Part shown: positions 7,399 through 14,724 of the stretch, piece by piece
How the letters are laid out: each line of letters opens with the position of its first letter
Numbering within the stretch: position 1 is the stretch's first letter
Virus record (IMG/VR): IMGVR_UViG_3300047463_000227
Span: 1-37,219 of that record
Direction: 5' to 3' (one strand)
DNA length: 37,219 nucleotides
DNA from: a virus
Lineage: Duplodnaviria; Caudoviricetes
Position numbers and translations under genes: made by a program
Notes under the pieces: model-generated
Told to the model about the DNA's origin: nothing
Database searches by the model: none
Seen by the model: only the letters and a program-made list of their open reading frames with translations

Positions 7399-7718
7399 TG
7401 ATCACAGACGACCAAGCAGAGAAGGCCGCCGACTGGCTGACGGCCAACGCCAAGGAAGCTGGGAAGCTTCGCGGGCTCCGCATTTACGCGGAGGAATACC
7501 GGAAGTCCCTCAAGGCGATCCTCATGGCGCACTCGTCGGCCAAATCGGCCGCTGACCGGGAGCAGGCGGCGTACTCGGACGAGAAGTACATCGCCCACCT
7601 CGGGGTCATTCGAGACGCCGTGACCGCCGACGAGGAAAACCGCGCCCTCCGGGAAGCAGCCGCCATGCGCATCGAAACGTGGCGCAGCCAGCGGGCGAAC
7701 GAGAGGGGCCGGCTCTAG
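7398..7718 (+). CDS. helical protein, UvsY-like recombination mediator family
   Basis: EEYRKSLKAILM..S.ADREQAAYS..Y...IETWRS..ANER pattern, in a recombination context. Confidence 0.55.
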   Translation: MITDDQAEKAADWLTANAKEAGKLRGLRIYAEEYRKSLKAILMAHSSAKSAADREQAAYSDEKYIAHLGVIRDAVTADEENRALREAAAMRIETWRSQRANERGRL

Positions 7719-7957
7719 TGCAAACCCTCAAGCCCAAGATGCCGAAGATCGAGCGGCCGGCGATCAAGCGGAACTCTGGTCTACGCGCCAAGGTATTCGA
7801 GCGCGATCAGGGCTTTTGCGTTGACTGCGGCAGGTTCTCCCCTCGCTGGCAGCATGACCACGACACCTCACTGGCAGTTGCTCAGCAAGTTGAGGACAAC
7901 CTGTGCGGCAGCACCCCGTTCGCTGCAAAATCACGGACCCTACGCTCGAAGGCGTAG
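7718..7957 (+). pseudogene. truncated HNH endonuclease
   Basis: LRAKVFERDQGFCVDCG..WQHDH is present, but the LCxxCH half of the motif is absent. Confidence 0.6.
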
Positions 7958-8070
7958 GAAATGTCTACACGCATTCGCTCGATACTGGGCAGCCAGTGAC
8001 CGTAGTCGCAAAGGCCGCGATACGAGACGGAGAATTGGTGCAGCTGTTCGTTAGCGACGGTCGGTTCTAG
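7903..8070 (+). pseudogene. 55-codon ORF that reads like the C-terminal fragment of a larger protein
   Basis: PVRCKITDPTLEGVGNVYTHSLDTGQPVTVVAKAAIRDGELVQLFVSDGRF, with an in-frame stop at 7891. GTG 7903 has GAGGA upstream. Confidence 0.4.
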
Positions 8071-8110
8071 GCGATGTCGCAAATGGCAGCTCAATCTGAC
8101 GTGCTGCCCC

Positions 8111-8503
8111 GTCGCGGTCATCTCCTATCTCGGCGCAAAACGACGCCATGCTAGCGCACACGCATCGTTCACCCTGCACTGCACATCCGTCACGGCGTCT
8201 GTGCCGGCAAATGCCCGCCAGATGAAAGCCATTGCAGATGCCGCCGCCTTCGATGACGACAGGACCGAACGCATCTTTAAGGAGCACATGAGGCTCCCCC
8301 CAGAACAATGGGAAGCGCGGCGCAACGGTGCCGTCTTCCTCTCGGCCAAGGAAGCCGCGGAATGTGGTTTGGCTCATTCGATTTCCGAGTTTTCCCCGCC
8401 GAGGGGCGAGAGGGTTTTCCACGCCGATAGGTCAGGCGCTCATATAATGGGAGAGGAGAAGATTCGCCAGAGCTGGCGCCTTACCGGCCGAATTGCGGCT
8501 TAA
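8111..8503 (+). pseudogene. C-terminal fragment of a ClpP-like (peptidase S14) protein
   Basis: In-frame VAVISYLGAKRRHASAHASFTLH...FLSAKEAAECGLAHSI. The N-terminal half and nucleophile Ser are absent, and there is no start codon upstream of the motif. Confidence 0.7.
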
Positions 8504-8603
8504 CCCGCCAGTTCTGGCGGACTAACGCCCCAGCATACTGGTCTTCTGGACCTTACCGAACGGGACGATACGCGGGGGAATCTGGCCGATCTTTTGGCCG
8601 ATC

Positions 8604-9125
8604 TTACCGGGCGGTAAGCTTGTCCAGTATCGCGGTCTTCTGGGTCGAACCTACCGAGGAGCCCAGCCAGTAATTGCAGACCTGGCCAAAGCCGATCTGG
8701 AGGGCGCCCAGCATGAACAGCAGAACGTCCTTGTAGTTGTCCGTGATCGTGATCGGTTTGGCGAGAATCAGGTACAGCGCCCCGAAATAGCCCATCGTCA
8801 CGATGACCGAGACGACCGGGGAACCCCAGGCAATGTTAGACTTGGCCTTGGCCAGCTCTATCGTCTGGTTGCGGGCGTTCTGGGTATCGGCCAGCAGGTT
8901 CTTCTGCCGCTCCGTCTCCGCGTCGATCACCTTGGTCTGGTACTGCAACAGCAGATTGGGGTCGGCCTTCAGGGCTTCAATCGCGTCCGGCCCCTTGCGG
9001 CCCGTCACTGTCTCGGCGATCTCGACGGCCTTCCTTGCGCCCTCCTCTGCCTTGTCGCCGCCGATCCATTTGGCGATGACCGGGGCCAGTTGAGCAAGGC
9101 CAAGGGCGATTGAGATGGGGTCCAT
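8604..9125 (-). CDS. holin-like membrane protein (3TM/GTA-holin type)
   Basis: C-terminal TM pair ending V.NYWLGSS.GS..K, next to the endolysin. Confidence 0.75.
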   Translation of the reverse strand: MDPISIALGLAQLAPVIAKWIGGDKAEEGARKAVEIAETVTGRKGPDAIEALKADPNLLLQYQTKVIDAETERQKNLLADTQNARNQTIELAKAKSNIAWGSPVVSVIVTMGYFGALYLILAKPITITDNYKDVLLFMLGALQIGFGQVCNYWLGSSVGSTQKTAILDKLTAR

Positions 9126-9442
9126 CAGCGTTCCTTCACATCATATTCCGCGTGTATGTGCTCATTAACCGTCCCCTCGCCTTCAAGGATCACGTCATAG
9201 TCCCGGCCGAGGGTTGCCTTGATGGCGGCCAGCACCTTCGCCTTTTCGGCGGCCGGTATGTGCTTCGAGCGGATGTCTACGGCGAGGCCCCTGTAGTGCA
9301 GGGAGCCTTCCTTGTGCTTCCCGTCCAGACAGGCGGTTATCGTGAACTCGCCGGTCTTTTCCATCAGGTAGTGAATCTTGGCGCAGGCTTCGAGGATTTC
9401 CGGCCGCACCCCGTTCATATCGACGCCGGGCTTGAGGTTCAT
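9125..9442 (-). CDS. endolysin, peptidase M15 family
   Basis: SLHYRGLAVD (H-x6-D) and HIH zinc ligands. Confidence 0.85.
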   Translation of the reverse strand: MNLKPGVDMNGVRPEILEACAKIHYLMEKTGEFTITACLDGKHKEGSLHYRGLAVDIRSKHIPAAEKAKVLAAIKATLGRDYDVILEGEGTVNEHIHAEYDVKER

Positions 9443-9630
9443 GGCTTGTCCTGTAGCTCAATGCGGGCGTAGTGGATCAGATCGGCCGCGTGCCTGAGCG
9501 CCTGCTGTGGCGTGATCTGCTTTCGGATGACCGAGTGATCCCCCGGCCCGAAGCACAGGTAGATGGGCTGGCCCCTTCCCCCGTGGCTTACGAAGACAAC
9601 CGCGTGGTCGGGGAGGATGGTGTCGGTCAC
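9439..9630 (-). CDS. hypothetical protein (63 aa)
   Basis: GTGA and ATGA overlaps within the lysis operon. Confidence 0.6.
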   Translation of the reverse strand: MTDTILPDHAVVFVSHGGRGQPIYLCFGPGDHSVIRKQITPQQALRHAADLIHYARIELQDKP

Positions 9631-9854
9631 TCGTCGCCCTCGACCGCCTCCAGCAGCCGCTTCTTAGTCCGCTCCAGCAGCCAGAGCACCGTGCCGCCGT
9701 CCGCGTAGCTGCTGGCGAAATACTCTGTGCCGTCGTTCTTGAAGGCGAGAATCACCACCCCCTCAAGGTCCATGCCCTTGGCGGCCTCAAGGATTCTCTC
9801 GGGCGGCAGGTCCAGCTTCGTGATCCCGCCGAACTCGATGACCTTCGCTGTCAT
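9627..9854 (-). CDS. conserved phage protein (75 aa)
   Basis: ITKLDLPPERILEAA..LEGVVI...YFASS..DGG.VLWLLER pattern. Confidence 0.75.
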   Translation of the reverse strand: MTAKVIEFGGITKLDLPPERILEAAKGMDLEGVVILAFKNDGTEYFASSYADGGTVLWLLERTKKRLLEAVEGDE

Positions 9855-10014
9855 TCACTCACCTGTCTTTGTGCTTGGCGAGACGGGGCGTATCGGGCCT
9901 AGACCGTTCGTATCGATTTTCCGAAACAAGAAAAATCGGTGCCCGTCAATCCAACATCCGTTGGCGTTGTGCGGGACAACATCAATGGGTTACGCGAGAG
10001 TCCGAAATGTCGCG

Positions 10015-10023
10015 TGTTAAAAT
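10015..10023 (+). promoter_or_regulatory. extended -10 promoter for the moron at 10085
   Basis: TG-t-TAAAAT, followed by a 5'UTR hairpin (10030-10051) and AAGGAG (10072-10077). Confidence 0.5.
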
Positions 10024-10084
10024 AGGCGTGTCGGGTGGGGAAACACCTGACGACCTGTTCTTTGAAATGTGAAGGAGACAGACA

Positions 10085-10402
10085 ATGACCAGCACTGAAA
10101 CCGTGCGCGAGAAAAGCCGCCGCGACATCGCTCACGAAATCGAACAGAAGCACTTCGGCCGCTGCCTCTGGCAGCACGTCGAGCCCCGCTACCGGCAGAT
10201 GGTTGTCGAATGTGTAGAGTTCGGTTCGGGCACCGGCACCGCTATCGTTGTGCGGCGCTACGAGACGGGCATCCCCCGACCCGGCCAGAACAAGCCATGG
10301 CCGGAACTCGCCGGGCACTACGTCTACCTGCCCGTGACGGACGACAACACCTGGGAAGGTCTCGACAAAGCCCTGACCGCCTTGGCGGCGAAGGCAGCCT
10401 AA
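10085..10402 (+). CDS. moron, hypothetical protein (105 aa), antisense to the late operon
   Basis: Strong SD, own promoter and terminator. Confidence 0.75.
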   Translation: MTSTETVREKSRRDIAHEIEQKHFGRCLWQHVEPRYRQMVVECVEFGSGTGTAIVVRRYETGIPRPGQNKPWPELAGHYVYLPVTDDNTWEGLDKALTALAAKAA

Positions 10403-10408
10403 CAACAC

Positions 10409-10444
10409 AGGGGACGCTCAGCGATGGGCGTCCCCTTTCTATTT
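10409..10444 (+). terminator. intrinsic terminator
   Basis: AGGGGACGCTCA-GCGA-TGGGCGTCCCCT followed by TTCTATTT. Confidence 0.75.
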
Positions 10445-10645
10445 AACCGCCCTCACCTTCCGCCATCTTCTATGCCGCTTCTTGTGAACACCGGGTCTTA
10501 GATCGAATCCCAGTGGATACCGTTTAGGTTTGAACGGCTCTCCCGGTGGATTCTTGTCTGATAGTTGAACGATGGAGCCGACATCGGAGCCGCCGAGACG
10601 GAAGTCGTCGGGATCGGGCTCCTCATTTGATTTGCGGCGCGGCAT
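10439..10645 (-). CDS. basic hypothetical protein (68 aa)
   Basis: Starts 2 nt after the phosphoesterase stop. Confidence 0.55.
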   Translation of the reverse strand: MPRRKSNEEPDPDDFRLGGSDVGSIVQLSDKNPPGEPFKPKRYPLGFDLRPGVHKKRHRRWRKVRAVK

Positions 10646-10646
10646 G

Positions 10647-11894
10647 TCACGACACGCCCCTGAGCATGTCGATTGAGCACGTAGACCGCGCCACCTCGCC
10701 GTACTCCGAGTGATGGACGATCATCTTCATATCCCGGCCCGACAAGTAACCGGAGCCGACCGCGTAGGCATCGCCCGCCGCTAGGGTGCGGAACTGCTCC
10801 ACCTTGCAGCCGTTGAACTCGGCCAGCGTGTCGTGGTGGTGGTGCCCGCGATAGAAATACCGATGGCGGGTCAGGCCCCAATCCTCGGCCCGCTCCGTCG
10901 CCATGATTCCGGGCAAATCCCGGTCCTTGGTCTGGTGCCCGTGGGTGATGCCGATCAGCACCTTGCCGTGGCGGACGTAATGCCGCTTGGTCGGCGCGTC
11001 GTGGATGATTACCCGGGGCTCGTCCTCGTACACGTTGGCGAGCATGATGCTCAGAGCCATCGAGAGAACGTCGTCGTGGTTGCCAATGGCGTTGACCACC
11101 TCCACCGTCTCATGCCGCGTCAGGGCGGTTTCGATGCACTGGCGGATGGCCGAGACGCCCACCCGGATAACCTTGGGCAGGCGGGTATCCATATCGAGCT
11201 TGTGGCCCGAGCGTGATGTGATGCCTTCGAGGTTGTCGGCGTGGAAGAAGTCCCCCAGGTTGGCGATCAGGCATCGCTTGGAGGACGGGGATTGCAGGAC
11301 AAGGTGAGAGACGGCCCCGCAAAGGTCCCGCTTGGCAATGGTCAGGTCGAAGTCGTTGCCGACCTCCTCGGCCCAGCAGTAAAGGCCGAAATGCGGATCA
11401 CCGAACGGGATCACGCTCATCAGCTTGTCGTTGTAGTCCCCGTCAGCCTTGCGGGGCTCGACCCTCGGCAGATCCTCCGCCATCTCGGCAAAGGCTTCTC
11501 GGATGATTTGCTGCTGGCGCTCCCAGTCAACCTGGGACTTGACCCATTGCCCGGCGACCTCGCCATCCTTGCCGTAATAGGTCGAAACACCCTTGACCAT
11601 GTACCCATCGGGAACCGGGTGGGTCAGGTCGTTTTCGGGGTCAAAGCCCTGCCGTGGGTCAATCTGCGGCTGATATTGCGACCAATCGGGCTCGAGGTTG
11701 TGAACCTTCTTGATCGACCGAAGCCGGCCCATGATTGATGTTTCGCCAAGCCCGAGAGTCTGGGCCGCGACGTAGATCGCCCCCTTGCCCGTCTTTCCTG
11801 TTCTGCCGATGGGCCGGTGTCCGGCCCTCAGTGCCTCATGTATTGCATCAATGGTCCGCTGCGCTTCCTCGGGTGAAAGAGGAGGTGTTGGCAT
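10647..11894 (-). CDS. calcineurin-like metallophosphoesterase with an N-terminal HTH-like region
   Basis: GDPH, LGDFFH, GNHD, THGH and GHHH motifs. Confidence 0.85.
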   Translation of the reverse strand: MPTPPLSPEEAQRTIDAIHEALRAGHRPIGRTGKTGKGAIYVAAQTLGLGETSIMGRLRSIKKVHNLEPDWSQYQPQIDPRQGFDPENDLTHPVPDGYMVKGVSTYYGKDGEVAGQWVKSQVDWERQQQIIREAFAEMAEDLPRVEPRKADGDYNDKLMSVIPFGDPHFGLYCWAEEVGNDFDLTIAKRDLCGAVSHLVLQSPSSKRCLIANLGDFFHADNLEGITSRSGHKLDMDTRLPKVIRVGVSAIRQCIETALTRHETVEVVNAIGNHDDVLSMALSIMLANVYEDEPRVIIHDAPTKRHYVRHGKVLIGITHGHQTKDRDLPGIMATERAEDWGLTRHRYFYRGHHHHDTLAEFNGCKVEQFRTLAAGDAYAVGSGYLSGRDMKMIVHHSEYGEVARSTCSIDMLRGVS

Positions 11895-12104
11895 TCACTT
11901 CACCATGAACGGCAGGAACTTGCCCAGCAGGGCTCCCACCGCGCCCGCCATGCCACCCACGAGCATGAGCGTTTTCCACCCGCCCTTCGCTTGCGAGAGC
12001 GTGTCCCGGATGGCGCGAACGTCCGTCTTGATCTCCGCAACGTCGTCCTTGACGACGCGCATCTCCGTCTCGAGGACGGCGACCTTCACCTCAACGTCGC
12101 TCAT
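11895..12104 (-). CDS. coiled-coil plus C-terminal TM protein (XhlA/holin-like)
   Basis: MSDVEVKVAVLETEM...AKGGWKTLMLVGGMAGAVGALLGKFLPF. Confidence 0.7.
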   Translation of the reverse strand: MSDVEVKVAVLETEMRVVKDDVAEIKTDVRAIRDTLSQAKGGWKTLMLVGGMAGAVGALLGKFLPFMVK

Positions 12105-12448
12105 AGCGGATGCTCCTGCACCTTGAACTGAGGCGCGATCCGCATGTTCTGACCGGACCCGGCAAGGCATCCCAGCGCCCTGTCCTCATGCGCGAAAATC
12201 ATGAGCAGGGTCAGCGTGCCGGTCTGCGTGTTGGCGTAGACCCGGATGGTGCGGATCGGGCTGCCCTCGGCAAGTTGCACATCCCATTCAATGAGAGGCT
12301 TTTCAGCGAAGCCGTCCCGCAGATGGGCCTCGGCCGCCTCAAGCGGGGCGCAATTCGTCTGACCCATTGCCAGAGAAGGGGTCAGGAGCAGGGCGAGGCA
12401 TACGCCGGAGCGTATAAAGGTCCGGTATGCGCTATGGCGTATAGTCAT
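12101..12448 (-). CDS. secreted protein with signal peptide and Cys pair
   Basis: VCLALLLTPSLAMG signal, then NC...YAN..TGTLT...C..GSG. Confidence 0.7.
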   Translation of the reverse strand: MTIRHSAYRTFIRSGVCLALLLTPSLAMGQTNCAPLEAAEAHLRDGFAEKPLIEWDVQLAEGSPIRTIRVYANTQTGTLTLLMIFAHEDRALGCLAGSGQNMRIAPQFKVQEHPL

Positions 12449-12825
12449 GTGCCGGCTCCCTGGACAAAGCAGAGCACGCCGCGAGAGGGCGTCCAGCAGA
12501 GCACCGCAGCGCCTAACGGGTTGTCCTTGCCCCGGATGATCTTGTCGTCGGGGATGGCGACCCAAAGCGGGAACTCGATGGGGAAGTCAGGCTTGGAGAC
12601 CAGCGCCTCGTATCCCTGCGCGCCAGACCGAACCCGTACCGTCCTGCAATCAGAAAGGTCGCAGCAGCTCGTGCCCGTGCCCGGCTGCTTCAGAGACCGG
12701 AACCAGTCCGAATATTGACCCGTGCTGTTCTCAGGCGGTGCGGCATTGACCGGCCCGGCCAGCAAGGCGCAGGCTATCAATGCCGATAGTCGGCCGGCGG
12801 GGGGACTCAAGGCGCTAAGGTTCAT
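12445..12825 (-). CDS. secreted Cys-rich protein
   Basis: Signal peptide, WFRSLKQP..SCC..SDC...W..IP...NP.G.AVLC...CF..G.GT, and AGGAG SD. Confidence 0.75.
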   Translation of the reverse strand: MNLSALSPPAGRLSALIACALLAGPVNAAPPENSTGQYSDWFRSLKQPGTGTSCCDLSDCRTVRVRSGAQGYEALVSKPDFPIEFPLWVAIPDDKIIRGKDNPLGAAVLCWTPSRGVLCFVQGAGT

Positions 12826-12898
12826 GCAGGTGTACTCCTGTTTCTGGCCGTGGTTACGACACGGCTGGACCCCGCCGGACGGGCGGGCAAAACTCTGA

Positions 12899-13495
12899 TT
12901 AGCCAACGCCCGATTGGAAACCGGACGGCACCGAATAGCTAAACGCGGTCGCCCCAAAATTCGCCGTGACGTTGAACCCGTTGTCGTTCTGGCTGGCGAG
13001 GGCGTAGAGAGTCCCGCTGACACTCGAGAACGCCTCGTTGGTGTCCGCAGCGGGGTCGCCAGACGCCTGCCATGTGCCGTTCAGTCGGAACCACACCTTC
13101 TGTGTGGTCGGGTTGTAGGCAATGCCGATGTTCGCACCATTGCCGTAAGCAGTGCCGTAGGCAGTGGACGAGCCACTGTTGACCTTGTTTCCGGTCGCCG
13201 CGTCATAGACCCAGGAGACGGAATCCGCGCCGCCAATCTGGTTCAGGTTGGTGCCGCTGGTGGCAACACCGACCCGGTACGTGCTTCCGCCCAGCGCCGT
13301 GTTGATGGTCAGCTCGAAATACGCCGGAACCGTGATAGCGGCGAGGGAGAGCGCCCCCGCCGATGCCGTGGAGCCGTATGTCTCCGTAAGATTGCCGTTG
13401 GACAGCGTGATGTTGCTGCCGATCTTCGCCGGGTCCCAGGTCGTGGGAACGAAGCCGCCGCCCGAGCCGAAACCGAGCATGACGTACCCGAACAT
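12899..13495 (-). CDS. SPRY/B30.2 (ConA-like) domain virion protein, putative receptor-binding
   Basis: TTWDP...ITLSNGNLT, YFE, IGIAY...VWFRLNGTWQ.SGDPA and ANFGATAFSYSVPSGF motifs. Confidence 0.8.
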   Translation of the reverse strand: MFGYVMLGFGSGGGFVPTTWDPAKIGSNITLSNGNLTETYGSTASAGALSLAAITVPAYFELTINTALGGSTYRVGVATSGTNLNQIGGADSVSWVYDAATGNKVNSGSSTAYGTAYGNGANIGIAYNPTTQKVWFRLNGTWQASGDPAADTNEAFSSVSGTLYALASQNDNGFNVTANFGATAFSYSVPSGFQSGVG

Positions 13496-13497
13496 GG

Positions 13498-14532
13498 TCA
13501 GGTGTCGTCCGAAGCGTTGGTGGTGAAGAAAAGCCGAATGCCAAGTAATTCAGCGTCGGCGTTCAGATTGTCGGCGGAGACGTTGCGCTTGATCCTGAAA
13601 AACACCTGATCTTCGGCGGCCGGGGTGCCCCCGATGGTAATAGCAGAACTCACCGGGCCAACGTGAAGGTCGCTTGTCGTGCTAAGGGATTGCGTGCTGG
13701 TCTGCTCAGTGCCAAATGCCGTATCAATGGCATCGCCATCAGACAGCGCCACACCCTGAAGCGCCCAGACGACGTTGCCGGTGCCGCTCCGTGCGGTCCA
13801 ATAGGGCTGGAAAGTCACCGTGCTCTCATTCCATGACTTCGGAAATGAAATGGCAAACTGTGCAAATTCCTGAGTGGTCGTGTCGAAGGCAAGCGCCTTG
13901 GTCATCACCTTGTTTGTCGTGGATTCCGCCGTGGTGGTACCCGGCCCATTGGTCGTTGCCGCATACATCGCAACCGAGGGAATCCAGATGGTCTCGAGCC
14001 CCTGCGCCCTGCCTGTCGCTGTTGAAAGCAGGTTGTTGCCCTCCACGGCCAGGACACCGGCAGAGGCCCGCGATATCGTCGTGTCCGAGGCGTTGCCCAC
14101 CTCAATCGTGGTGTGCCGGGTGACGGCCTGATTGATCGGGTTCAGCACCCGCATATTCGTGCCGTCGTAAGTCAGGAAGTGATCGCCAAGCAAAGCGCCG
14201 GGGAGCAGCGCCGTTGCTCCGTCGGATTCCACGATGGTCTTTGCGCCCAGAGAATTGAGGTTGATCGTCGGCGTGGTTGAGGTGTTGGCGTTGCCAAACC
14301 GCAGGATGACCATCATTCCTGACGTGTAGGCGGCCGGTGCGGGAGCGAGTGTGGCGGTGTAGGTGTCCGTACCGGACGTGGCGACCGCGAGGATGGCCCC
14401 CTTGGTCGCCGCCATTGCACTACGGATGGCGTTGTTGATGTTCGCGGCGGCGCAGTTCTCGGCAACGTCGATAGAGGCGATCTGCGTATTGCTCGCAGCC
14501 GTGGTGCTCCACTCGGGGACTGTCGCGGTCAT
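13498..14532 (-). CDS. tail fibre protein
   Basis: WSTTAASN...E.CA..NINNAIR..MA N-terminal anchor, NT...TINLNSLGAKTI fibre motif, Thr/Ser-rich. Confidence 0.8.
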   Translation of the reverse strand: MTATVPEWSTTAASNTQIASIDVAENCAAANINNAIRSAMAATKGAILAVATSGTDTYTATLAPAPAAYTSGMMVILRFGNANTSTTPTINLNSLGAKTIVESDGATALLPGALLGDHFLTYDGTNMRVLNPINQAVTRHTTIEVGNASDTTISRASAGVLAVEGNNLLSTATGRAQGLETIWIPSVAMYAATTNGPGTTTAESTTNKVMTKALAFDTTTQEFAQFAISFPKSWNESTVTFQPYWTARSGTGNVVWALQGVALSDGDAIDTAFGTEQTSTQSLSTTSDLHVGPVSSAITIGGTPAAEDQVFFRIKRNVSADNLNADAELLGIRLFFTTNASDDT

Positions 14533-14541
14533 GGAATCTCC

Positions 14542-14578
14542 AAAGAAAAACCCCGCGCCGTGGAATCACGGGCGGGGC
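14542..14578 (-). terminator. intrinsic terminator directly upstream of the tail fibre RBS
   Basis: GCCCCGCCCGTG-ATTC-CACGGCGCGGGGT-TTTTCTTT. Confidence 0.7.
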
Positions 14579-14595
14579 TGTGGTAGGCTTTGAGC

Positions 14596-14724
14596 GTGAA
14601 ACGTCAGCCGATATTCGGGGCCAACGCCGTGCCGTTCGTTATCCAGCTTGCGGCTGGACTTGCGGTTTATTCGTTTCTGACCATTATTGATTTTGGCGGG
14701 TTTGTGACACGCCTATTGTTCTAG
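14596..14724 (+). CDS. 42-aa membrane peptide moron (antisense)
   Basis: MKRQPIFGANAVPFVIQLAAGLAVYSFLTIIDFGGFVTRLLF. TGGAAT-N17-TAGGCT promoter lies 6 nt upstream of the GTG. Confidence 0.55.
   Translation: MKRQPIFGANAVPFVIQLAAGLAVYSFLTIIDFGGFVTRLLF

Noticed and set aside
8504-8603. Hairpin CCGCCAG-TT-CTGGCGG and tandem TGGCCGATCTT as attP
   Set aside because: No tRNA-like core or integrase to support it. More simply a terminator region for convergent transcripts.
10023-10037. TAGGCGTGTCRGGTG shared with 29309-29323 (GACACGCCTA core also at 14706-14715)
   Set aside because: A 14/15 match is plausible by chance at this sequence length, and the contexts and orientations are inconsistent. Not supported as a late promoter.
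10007-10072. 21-codon ORF MSRVKIGVSGGETPDDLFFEM
   Set aside because: Overlaps the predicted promoter and 5'UTR hairpin of the 10085 gene and has no clear SD.
12769-12780. LIAC as a lipobox (possible o-spanin)
   Set aside because: The hydrophobic stretch before the Cys is too short. An SPase I site (VNA-AP) fits better.
12899-14532. Possible diversity-generating retroelement target in the SPRY or fibre genes
   Set aside because: No reverse transcriptase and no template/variable repeat pair seen in the window.
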